This document shows, one piece after another, positions 12,807 through 24,056 of a stretch of 64,000 nucleotides of DNA. Numbering within the stretch: position 1 is the first letter of the stretch; the number at the start of each line of letters is the position of its first letter. The position numbers and the translations under genes are program-made. Origin of the DNA: Octopus vulgaris (taxonomy: Eukaryota); contig OX597814.1 in the NCBI GenBank assembly GCA_951406725.2, positions 114,824,001 to 114,888,000 of the forward strand, read 5' to 3'. The notes beneath the pieces were generated by a model. It searched no databases. It was not told where the DNA came from and saw only the letters and a program-made list of their open reading frames with translations.

Positions 12807-13011
12807 TGAGATATAAGTGAAATACTTACACATACCCATGGAAAAAGCAAGCTTACGTGCGTGCGTTAGGGCGTGTGTAAATTAATCAAAGGAAAATGGA
12901 AGTCGCTGTTAATATTTTCGCTTCAATAAGCTATTTAGAATCTACATGTAGAAAGTTTTTTGTCAGTTTTTTCTTCATTGTGGTTTTCAAGGTTTCTTAC
13001 AAACAGGACCT

Positions 13012-13051
<40 letters not shown>

Positions 13052-13068
13052 TATATGAAAAACTTATT

Positions 13069-13452
13069 AGGCGCAGGAGTGGTGTGGTAAGTAGCTTGCT
13101 TACCAACCATATGGTTCCGGGTTCAGTTCCATTGCGTGGCATCTTGGGCAAGTGTCTTCTACTATAGCCTCGGGCCAACCAAAGCCTTGTGAGTATATTT
13201 GGTAGAATCCCGTTATACATATATATTTATACGTGTCTGTGCATGTGTTTGTTTGCGTCAGTGTTTGTTCCCCACCCACCCAATATCGCTGGACAACCGA
13301 TGCTGTTGTGTTTACGTCTCCGTAAGCTAGCGGTTTGGCAAAAGAGCCTGCTAGAATAAGTACTAGGCTTATAAATAATAAGGTCTGCGCTCGATTTGCT
13401 GTACTAAAGGCGGTGCTCCAGCATGGCCGCAGTCAAATGACTGAAACAATTA
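13069..13452 (+). mobile_element. SINE family B copy
   Basis: Colinear with 4995-5441, with a small internal deletion. Confidence 0.88.
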
Positions 13453-13467
13453 AAATATATGCTTATT

Positions 13468-13739
13468 ATATATATAATGTATATATATATATATATATAT
13501 ATATGCAATGTATATATATATAAATATATATATGCAATGTATATATATATATATATGCAATGTATATATATATATATATATGCAATGTATATATATATAT
13601 ATATATGCAATGTATATATATGTATATATATACAATGTATATATATGTATATATATATATATATGCAATGTATATATATGTATATATATATATATATATG
13701 CAATGTATATATATGTATATATATATATATATATGCAAT

Positions 13740-13781
<42 letters not shown>

Positions 13782-13892
13782 GCAATATATATATATATAT
13801 ATGTATATATGCAATATATATATATGTATATATATGCAATGTATATATATATATATATATATATGCAATGTATATATATATATATATATGCA

Positions 13893-13923
<31 letters not shown>

Positions 13924-14010
13924 ATGTATATATATGTATATATCTATGCAATGTATATATATGTATATATCTATGCAATGTATATATATGCATATATATA
14001 TATACATACA
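13468..14010. repeat. Compound (TA)n/GCAATG minisatellite
   Basis: About 20 units of gcaatg(ta)n with variable TA-run length. Confidence 0.95.
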
Positions 14011-14477
14011 TATTCCCATAACTCTATAAGTATTCGTGTGCGTGTTTGTGTGTGTGTGTGTGTACGTGCTTCTGTTCAACTAAATGCCAGGTAGTATATT
14101 CAGAGCCTTTTGAGTATTTCAACAAAGGAGAACAAAACTAATAGTGTTATTGTGTTGTTATGAATTACTTGAATATTTCCGTCTTTATTCTTTTATTATT
14201 CTCCACTACAGAAAATATTGATTATAACAGCTTCATATTGTAAACTGTCTTCTGCACTTTAACACGCTTCTGATGCACTTTAACACGCTTCTTATGCACT
14301 CTAACATTCAGTTATATTTTAATTTATATTGCAACTTATTGTTGTATGCCTTAGTGATATTTGTTGCACAATTCAGTTAAATGTTGATTGGCAGAGAGGG
14401 AGAGAGAGAAAGCCAAGGGGTGAGAGTGTATAAGGAGAAAGCTACAAGGTAATAATTGGAGGAAAACAGGAATTATA

Positions 14478-14494
14478 CCTATCTATCTATCCTC

Positions 14495-14568
<74 letters not shown>

Positions 14569-14597
14569 CACTCTCTCTCACTCTATATTATATATAC

Positions 14598-14639
<42 letters not shown>

Positions 14640-15105
14640 ATGTATATGTTTGTATGTATGTATATGTATATGTATGTATGTATATGTATGTATATGTATG
14701 TGTTTGTGTGTATGTATGTGTATGTATGCATGTATGTGTATGTATGCATATATATGTATGTATATATATATATAACTGTATATATATATTGTATATATGT
14801 TTTTATATGTATTTGTGTATATATATATGTGCATATATATCTGTATATGTATGTGTATATATATATGCATATTTATGTATATATTTATGTGTATATATAT
14901 GTATATATTTATGTGTATATATATGTGCATATATATGTGTATATATATATGCATGTATATATAGCTTTATATATGTATGTATGTATGTATTATATATATA
15001 TATGTATGTATTATATATATATGTATGTATATATGTATGTATTATATATATATATGTATGTATCTATGTATATATAGATATATATGTATATGTATGCATG
15101 AATGT
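14478..15105. repeat. Compound microsatellite (ATCT)n/(TG)n/(TATG)n
   Basis: Seen directly in the sequence. Confidence 0.95.
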
Positions 15106-16379
15106 ATGTGCAGATGAATGTAAGATGAAAATGTCAAAAGAGCGTGGAGTATGAAAGAAAGGGAAAAGAGATAGTAACAACTGAAATAAGAAAAATCTCA
15201 ATAAATGAAAATAATAAAAATGACTGCAGGGTTCATATTTTTGACCAATTATACATAAAAATCTGCAGCGAAGAGATTTTAGAAGAATTTGTTTGCAAAC
15301 AGTTAGAAATTTGTAGTAAGTGCTTTCAGTTTCAACATTAAACTAGAGCTGAAGTGGGCGAGCTGGCAAAATCGATAGCACACTGGCAAAATTATCAGCA
15401 GCATTTCAACGGTCTTTACATTCGGTGTTCAAATTCTGCCGAGGTCGACTCTTCCTTTCATCTTTTGGTCTTGTGCCAAAAATTTGAAACCGACATTAAA
15501 CTATGGCTGGCCAGTTGATATAGTCGGCAGAGCAATGGAAAGTAATGGTTGTATATGTTTTTTCTATTCAAATTTTGAATGTCGACAATTTCGACTGAAT
15601 CATCTGAGATCAAATCCGTCTGAAATCAACTTGTGTTTTATCGTTTTCTGGTCTATAAAATATCGTATTTGTGAAGTGCTTGGGTAGGTTTATTTTCTTA
15701 AAATGCAACCAAGCCAAGATATGAATGCAATTTTAGTAAAATTATACACCTCGTTAAATATGTGTCACGTTATGTCTATAATAGAAATCAATGCTCACAT
15801 TAGATATATACTGGTATTTCGATGTAGTTCCATATATTATCTACAAATTAGAATAGAAGCGTATAGAATTAGGCATTATGTACAATCAATAATATTCGTT
15901 GCAATACATTATATTTAGCATTCTTGCTTAGACACAGCATTAATTATTGAGAGAATAATAGATTGTCTAAAATCAACTGTAATTACAAAAATAACGTTAC
16001 CTCGAGGGTAATGAAATGAGAAGAAAAATATAATCGTGGAAAAAAAAGTTAATGATAGGGGGAGCCTACTTATTGAATTAATGTGCAAAATGGATGAGTA
16101 TTTCACAGACTCATGTATCTTTAGTGTTATTATCAGGTAAAATTAGTGTCATGCAAATGGTACAGAACTATGTCTTTGAGTAACAGGTGGAGGCAATTAG
16201 ACTCGATTTTACAGATTCCGTCTGCTCAAATTCACTCACATTGTTTCGGTGGACCTGAAGTTATGAGAATTTAACCCATCTCTAACCTGAGAGAAACTCA
16301 AGAGAAATAAAATTCACAAAGTAATTCCTCGTGTCGTGAGATGTTAATTTTAATATTTTAGGTTTTAAAAATTGTCGAC

Positions 16380-16592
16380 GAACTGGAAGAAACGTTATCC
16401 CGCTGGGAAAAAAACCTAGGGGCATTTCGTCCGTCTTCATGTTTTGAGTGCAAATGCCGCTGAGGTCGACTTTGCCTTTCATTCTCTCGGTGTCGATAAT
16501 ATAAATACCAGTTGAGTACTGGGGGGGGGGTCGATATAATCGATTTACCCCTTCCTCCGAAATTGCTGGCCTTGTACAAAAATTTGAAACCA
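16380..16592 (+). mobile_element. Diverged SINE A copy
   Basis: Contains gaggtcgactttgcctttcattc and the tail ggccttgtacaaaaatttgaaacc. Confidence 0.8.
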
Positions 16593-17069
16593 ATATTTTA
16601 ATTACGATATTATATTTTCAATAAAATCATTAAAATAACTTTACACTTCAGTACTTTTGGTTTATCTGCAACGATTTGGCAATAATAGAATTAGAATGAA
16701 CTAAATTTGCAACAAGATGCGTTCGTTACATTATAAAACTGTACAGATACACACTATACAATACCATAGAATCTCACTACAGTGTGTTGATATATTTATT
16801 ACTCAAAGTAGAATATACTTTGCATGCTGAACACCGAGCTGTAGCGGATGTTATACTTTCGAGACTTATGTCCTTACACTAAGAGAGACAAAGCACGTAA
16901 ATACGTTGATGTTATTAGTAGAGAACCACAACGGGATACTGAGGACCAATTGATGCTAACGAACGACCGTGATTCTTTGCACATTCTGATGAAAGGCATC
17001 CCAGATGGTGTTGAAGAGCCTTCTTCATTGTTCATATTTCAGCTCCCAAAGGCGGAATTCTCTCTGCAC

Positions 17070-17154
17070 ATGACCTGAAGAAGGTCAGCCTTGTTAACTT
17101 TGAAATATTCTGTTTGTCACATATTTTGAAGTTAGAGACCGACACGCCAGGCAT
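17070..17154 (+). ncRNA. Degenerate hammerhead-like motif with extended stem II
   Basis: Reads CUGAAGA-a-gguc...aacuuugaaaua/uauuuugaaguu...gacc-GACA-cgcc. GAAA is mutated to GACA and stem I is weak. Confidence 0.4.
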
Positions 17155-18493
17155 TCCAGGGACCCGTAGTATTTGTAACAGGTTGCTATACAATGTGTAT
17201 AATTATATGAAGTAGGAAATAACATGGTCAAATGTTTAATATTTTCGCTTCACAACCACGAGGGCCCAGGTTCGATCTCACTGTGAGGCATTTCGAACAT
17301 GGGTCATTTAACAACACAAGCCTTCTGAATTAAGGTAGATAAATTGTGTAGACAGAAACTGTGTAGAAGGCTGTGGGATAGTTAGTACCAGTGAATCAAT
17401 GGCACAACCTTATCACATACTGTGTCACAGTCTGCCTCAGAATTGCGTTATGGTTGCGGTGACTATGGATTACTCTAATACTTATACGCCAATTCGTTGT
17501 TTAGTTAATTCAGTTAGTCTAGCGAGTGAATATTATTATAAGTCAAAAGCGACAGAGATCTTTTCATTTATAGTGGGGAAGAATATAGTGTATCAGAATG
17601 TTGTTAAATAATAACTTCACCGACTGGGTGCGTATATAAATGTAAGAAGTAAAAAGTTAGCTATTTTAATGATCGGGTAAAATATGAAGAGTGTATAAGA
17701 ATGCATGTATAATGCTTCAGTAACGAATTAAATAGCCATTTTAAGGACTGTATAAAGTGTGTAGGTATGTATATATGGAGTACAGTAATGAGATAATATT
17801 TTGGTGATTGTATAAAATATGTATACATATATATATAAAGTAGGTGTATTGTGCAGCATTAAGGTGCAGGGAAATTACACTGGTCAACAACATTCGAACG
17901 TTTTGAAGTCCCATGCACTAAAGAAACTGCACTTTGTAGTACTTTTAACGCAGATTTTAAATCTGTTTTTAGAGTTTTTCTATGAGACATGGTTTTTATG
18001 TTGCAGAATAATTCATTCATAAAGCGTTGAGATCTACACTTACACAGCATGGACTGCTGAGCACGTTTTATGAAAACACATAAAAAACAAAAAAAAAATA
18101 GTTAAAATATCTTCTTGGTATATAATGGTGGCAAGTTTTACATCATCTGATAAGTCACTAGTTGAACTATCTCTTGACAGACATTTCAACAAACGCCCAT
18201 AAATTAAATACATCCATCTGGGCCGCGATCGTAGCCTGTCGACCTGTGCTTGACGATCACGATCGTGGCCCGTCGCGCTTTATGTGTTAAATTATACAAT
18301 AAATGTACTATATTAATGCAAAAATAAGGCTGACAATTATAATTGGTCAAAAGAATTAATGAAAACTTCTGTCCCACAAACAAACGTAGATGAACTTACT
18401 AGCATTATATCTGCAGAATTCAAATGTTTTCAGACTTTTTCTATAAGTCATAGTTTTTCTGTGGTAGCGTATGTAAATTGTTAAACAATTGTA

Positions 18494-18717
18494 TTGGGTT
18501 GCTGGAAAGTTCGTGCCGATTTATAGTAGCTTACCTTTCAACTTACTCTCCCAGGCACCTCAATTCTGGGAAGATGATATTTTCAAGTTAAGGGAAAAAT
18601 GGAGACGCATTGTGCGACAAAATGGTTCATATTCGGTTGATTAAAAATGTAATGGCAAGTATTTATTGACCTTTTTCTTTTCTTTATAAATCGGCAAGAA
18701 CTTTCCGGACAACCCAA
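18494..18717 (+). mobile_element. Internally deleted mariner (MITE-like) nested in the Chapaev3-like element
   Basis: About 30-bp TIRs ttgggttg(c/tc)(t/c)ggaaagttc(g/t)tgccgattta with TA flanks. Retains the transposase C-terminus FWEDDIFKLREKWRRIVRQNGSY. Confidence 0.88.
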
Positions 18718-18765
18718 TATTTCATGAATTCAAAAATCAGTCTAATATTACAAGGAAACTTATCC

Positions 18766-20390
18766 TTAAACCGTAGATGCATATGATTTTCGACTGTATT
18801 TAGTTTCTGGAACATCCCTTTTAAGTGACCAACAATAATCAGCCAACATAGAAGAGCTCCACTTTTCTTGGTACCGGGTTTCCATGTTCAGAATGTCCTT
18901 TCTGTCTTCTCACCGTGCTCGTCACTGACAGCCCCAAGATTTTCAGGGGAAAAGTCTAAGTGAGAGATCAAGAAGTGGAGTTTTAGGCTCATATTGCATC
19001 GCAAGGCCTTGTATAATGTCAGTAGCTCTTTCACAATGTCAGAATAGTTCTCTGCTCTGTGATTTTCCCCAAAATTCTCTGAAAACCTTCCTAAGTGACA
19101 GCTTTTTCAGCGTCATTGATCTCTTCATCAAACTTTTGGTCTCTCATCAGCTCCCTAATCTGTGGCCCAACAAAAATACCTTCCTTGGTTTTTGCGTCAC
19201 TTACTCTTAGAAATTTAATTTTCAAATACGTGAATTCTTTGCCAGTTCTACCCATACCTTTGAAGAAATTCTTCATCAACCCTAGCTTAATACGCAAAGG
19301 AGGCAGATAAATTTCCTCAGAATCAACAAGAGGAAGATGGATGACATTTTTCTTGTTCAGGAGCCGGAGATCGTTTCGGCCACACATACTTTTCATAATG
19401 ATTATCTTTAATGCCGATTGTCCCACTCACAGAGAAAACAACAAAACTTGGTGTAACACAGTTGCATTCTAAGCAAAAGTACCATAATCTTTAGGTGGCC
19501 ACAAATATTCAACTTATGTTCCTCATACTTAAATATTTTGCAACAGAAGCCTCATACTCTCATATGTTTCCTTAGTATTAGCTGCATGTCGTGTAAAACT
19601 GCTTCCAAGGTTACTTTTCAAGAGTCAATAAACAAACGCCACTCATTCGTGCTATATTTGCGGTTAAGTGCCTCCATAACAGAATATGCATCATTACCAA
19701 ACACCGCACCATCCTCAAGTGAAAAACAATTTGCAAAATCACAATGCCGAGCATGATAAAAACTAAATTTGGTCTCTTTCTGGAGAAGACTTCAGCCCTT
19801 TAACCTGGAACCAAGAAGTTCAGCATGCTTTTTCGACAAGTTTTAACCCCGCGCGAGATCGTTCAGATTTTCCTGACTCAACAAATGTGATTCACGTGAA
19901 GAACAGTTAGGCTCAAACTCCATGTCCTCTATTTCTTTCTCTACAGCTTCATCACTTGACTCGCTGTCACTAAGTGTCATTTGTATTCGAGAGTCAGGTA
20001 CAGGTAACTGTTGTCGGTGAAGTACTGGTCGCATATCAAATTGTAAATTAGGATAGTTTACAATATGCTTCGATTTTGATGTTGTACCTTGTATATTCGT
20101 CATGCAGAAGTAGCAATCTGATGTGTGATCTTTGGGCTCTCTCCAAATCATAGGGATGGAAAAAGATATATGGCATGAACCTTTGGCCCATGCAATGAGA
20201 AGCCTGACACATGTTACACAACGCACATAAGGGGCCCATTTTTTCCTGGTCACCCACTTTGCAGTCAAAATAATGCTCACAGCACTTTTTAATCAATGGA
20301 GTGAAACGTCGTATCTGTGACTTGAATGTTAAGTCACCGTAAATGTAGGAAAAGTTGTTTACGATGTTTATACAGTTTCTTGGTGTTATG
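18766..20390 (-). pseudogene. Chapaev3-type transposase pseudogene
   Basis: N-terminal Zn-finger region (RNC..NNFSYIYG..KVGDQ..WAPYVRCVTC..WREPKDHTSDCYFC), then LPPLRIKLGLMKNF, KEGIFVGPQIR, CNMSLKLHFLISHLDF, PENLGAVSDEHGE, MLADYCWSL. Multiple frameshifts. Confidence 0.85.
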
Positions 20391-20458
20391 AAGGTGAATG
20401 GAATATGTGAATTTAGTAAACAACCGCACACCCACACTTTAAGCACACTACTGACAAA

Positions 20459-20577
20459 GCATCGGTGACTCATCGACTCAGTGTTGCCAAGCATTGGTGA
20501 CTCATCGACTCAGTGTTGCCAAGCTTCGGTGACTCATTGACTCAGTGTTGCCAAGCTTCGGTGACTCATTGACTCAG
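20459..20577. repeat. 32-bp tandem repeat (about 3.7 copies) upstream of the transposase
   Basis: Unit is gc(a/t)tcggtgactcat(c/t)gactcagtgttgccaa, with no spacers. Confidence 0.95.
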
Positions 20578-21420
20578 ATTTGTGGTTTCATTGGGTTAAT
20601 TCTATTCATATACATTTAAATTAGGAGTATTTCTTAAACCGTTAGCTTTCCATTTCAACAGCTTGCTTTAAATTTAGCCCGCGGAACAGAAACTGAGTGG
20701 TATATCGTGGAACATAGAAACTGTGGATTATACAGATAATTTGACATTATTTTTGAATTCTGCGTGCAAAAACATATAAAATACGGGTATTCTTTTTCTT
20801 GGAACAAATTCTTTGTTGACCAATAATTATTACAGTGATGTATAAATTATGCTTACATATATATATAAGAAATCAATATATTGTAGAACAGCAAGATGCT
20901 GGACAATTACTTCCTTAACTACACTAGTATTGTGAGAAGACACAATTAAAACACAGGGCTTGCCACTTGTTGAACTCTATTATAAACTCTTTAATAAGTT
21001 CGGTAAGTTCAATTAGGTAATTATAATTTGTTTTTGCTACATTGAATGTATTAATTTTGTGTTACATGATAATTCACATATACTATTTTGCTTATCTTGA
21101 AGTATAATAGTTAAAGTGTAACAGAAATAATTTAATTAGGGAATACTTATTTCGAAATAAAATGACAATTATTCTGTTGTGTTATCTGCAACACAGTCCT
21201 CTGGCAAACATGATTCGAATATCGTTGACTTTTACTTTCTCGAACTCTTACGTACAGTGTCTCATATAAGTTACATTAAGTATTATTAACAGCTATTTCT
21301 CAGTTTAATTCATAAGTAATTTCTTACGAAGTAGATTTTGCTATAATGTGTATTAGAAGCACTAAGTAATTAACTATATTATGGAAGTCAAACGGTGCAG
21401 TTAAAATAAGTTTATATTTT

Positions 21421-21866
21421 ATTCTACTCTAGGCACAAGGCCCGAAATTTTTTGGGGGAGAGGGCCAGCCGATTAGATCGACCGCAGTACGCTACTGGTA
21501 TTTAATTTATCGGCCCTGAAAGGATGAAAGGCAAAGTCGACCTCGGCGAAATTTGAACTCAGGACGTAGAGACAGTCGAAATACTGGTATGCATTTCGCC
21601 CGGCGTGCTAAAATTTCTACCAGCTCTCCGCCTTCGAGAACCAGTTTATATTCCTTTCTACTCTAGGCACAAAGCCCGAAATTTTGGGGGAGGGAGCTAG
21701 TCGATTACATCGACCCCAGTACGCAACTGGTACTAAATTTATCGACCCCGAAAAGATGAAAGGCAAAGTCGACCTCGGCGGAATTTGAACTCAGAACGTA
21801 AGGGCAGACGAAATACGGCTACGCATTTCGCCCGGCGTGCTAACGTTTCTGCTAGGTCTCTGCCTT
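21421..21866 (-). mobile_element. Two tandem full-length SINE A copies
   Basis: Copies at 21421-21634 and 21653-21866. The flank agtttatatt occurs three times, and cgagaac(c/t)agtttatatt brackets the second copy. Confidence 0.88.
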
Positions 21867-22419
21867 CGAGAACTAGTTTATATTTCCTAATCTAATGAAT
21901 GGAAAGTGCATGGTCTCTAGTTTAATACGTACGGAGATGTCGCTTGCTAAGCGATAGACACTAGTTCGAATGCTATAAATGCGCATGTTGCATTTTTCAG
22001 TTTTTATTGTTTTGATATATAATGTTTGTTAATCATATTATCACAGCGTTTACGTTATTCTTCTATTAGGTTCAATATCTTCTCTGTGTACGACGGAGTG
22101 AAACTCTTCCTTAAATTAATAACTTCTTTGACACAGAATCTTTTCAACAATAAACCATTAACACTTCTAAACCTGCTTGACCTGCTGGTTTTTGGTGTTC
22201 TCTTTTATAATTCTATGAACACCTTACAACCCAAGTTACAAGGAGTTCCCTGTAAGAGGGAAATGCAGAATGCGTTCCAACTGTTTTTCTCCCCACCCTC
22301 ACTCTACCCGCACCCTGAAACAAAAAACAATTTACGTTGGCCATATATTGATCTCATCATTTGCTTATTTATGATAGTCTCCACATCTTACACCGAATTT
22401 GTTTGATAAATTCGATGAT

Positions 22420-22790
22420 GAATTCTGACATATATGAGGCAGAAATAGTAGCAACGATACATGATAACCTAATCAAAAAGAAGAATTACATTCGGTTATG
22501 CGACGGCGCGTCCAACAGTCGTGATGCTCTCCACATATCTTCTTTCCAGCACATGGACAAAAGTTGGCTAGCCTCGTATGGAATTTGAAGAGAAACTCCA
22601 CACTATACAAAATCAACTGGAAAATCGTCGAAAAATCCAAGTCATCTGTAACCGAATAAACAAATGCAAGTTCTGTGTAGCTAAATGATCGTACATCCAT
22701 TTTACATCTAAAGATTTCATCACACTGCTGAATTCAAGATCAGAAATGTTCAGGAAAAGATCGAAAATGTTCAACATGGATAAGTTTCTT
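22420..22790 (+). pseudogene. Degenerate GIY-YIG endonuclease domain of a Penelope-like retroelement
   Basis: Across frames: IYEAEI..KNYIRLCDG..SRDALHISSFQH..VWNLKRN..YKINWKIVEKSK..KCKFCVAK..LLNSRSEMF. Parallels the PLE endonuclease pattern VY..YIG..R...H.SSF..W.LK...I.W.I..C.LC..LLN.RSE. Confidence 0.7.
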
Positions 22791-23161
22791 TTGGAGAATT
22801 GAAGAACACCACTCTCTTCGGATTGAGCAGCTGTATCGCAGACTTTAGACTGACCTCGTTGATTCCACACCACCTAGGCTTAGGACTTTACAGTAAAAGG
22901 GGACATAACTGTAATTATTTTTCTTTTTTCTTTTCTGCGTCTTTTTTTTTTCACCATTCCACTCTTTGAACGCACCTTCATCCCGTTTTCTCTCCTGATT
23001 TCTCTTGTTTTACTGTCCCGATGTAACTTGTATAGATCATGTGGCCAGAGCCTGAAGATTACTTGGAGATAGTAGGCATGATTTAAAATATAAACCTGTT
23101 TTGATAATATCTTCAATGTACGAAAGTATTAGTAGCTCATAATTATATACTGTGTACATTA

Positions 23162-23215
<54 letters not shown>

Positions 23216-23988
23216 AATACACATTAAGTACATCACCAACCAGTGAAAAATACGTAAACACACAGAGATGAGGACAAAATGCCAAAAGAAGTCTAACTCC
23301 TCCTCAGTTGTCGACTGCCCCGTATTTCGTGCTTTTAACGACAAGATAGGAAATCTTCATAAGATAGCAGCATCCAGAAATTTTTAAAAATATAAAATTT
23401 GTGGAGAGTTAGGGCTTCGAACAAACAAACAATAACAGAGTAGACGTATATAGTAAAATGGATGTAGTAAACAATCAACGAAGGCAAACGTTAAGGCCGT
23501 TAGGCCAAGACGAATTGTAATGGGTAACGCCTGGGAGAAATGTTAAAAGGAAATAGAAGAGAAGAAAATAGTAAGAGAGAAAAAATGTCGGGAGTCGAGA
23601 GAAATGGCGTCCATCGCGCTGGACGTCTTGTTCAGAAGAGATCGGGGCAAGAGAAATGACCTGTTGTTACGTGTGAGCGACAGACATAAGGGAAGCGGAG
23701 ATACAGATGTGTGTGTGTGTGTTTGTGTGTAAAAAGGAGACAGTCATAACTGGGAACGTGTTTTATCTTGTCTCTTCTCGATTAGTTCTGACTTTGGTTT
23801 TAGAAAACAAAACAACGAAAATTTTCGTCAGCCAGCGTAGGAGTCTCTATATAAATACTTTACCTGCTAGAAATAGCAGACCTATGACCACAAGACAAAG
23901 TTTACGAGAACTACATTATTTTATGTAATAGAAGACTGTAATTTGAGTGGCATTTTGTACTAATCTAGCAGGTCATACCTATATAATA

Positions 23989-24056
<68 letters not shown>

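Larger units (their letters stand above)
18342..20825 (-). mobile_element. Chapaev3-like (CMC superfamily) DNA transposon relic
   Basis: Imperfect TIRs attggtcaa(c)aagaatt at about 18342 and 20807-20825, shared subterminal gcagaattcaaa, and an internal transposase. Confidence 0.8.

Noticed and set aside
13404-15154. Long ORFs rich in Y/I/C/V/H/T (also at 42.7, 46.9-48.5, 56.6-58 and 62 kb)
   Set aside because: These are stop-free translations of (TA)n, (TG)n and (TATG)n microsatellites.
20459-20577. 32-bp repeats as a CRISPR array
   Set aside because: The units are contiguous with no unique spacers, there are no cas genes, and the context is eukaryotic.
23290-23370. Possible minus-strand hammerhead (cuuauga...gaaauac)
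   Set aside because: The core is mutated and stems I and II do not pair convincingly.
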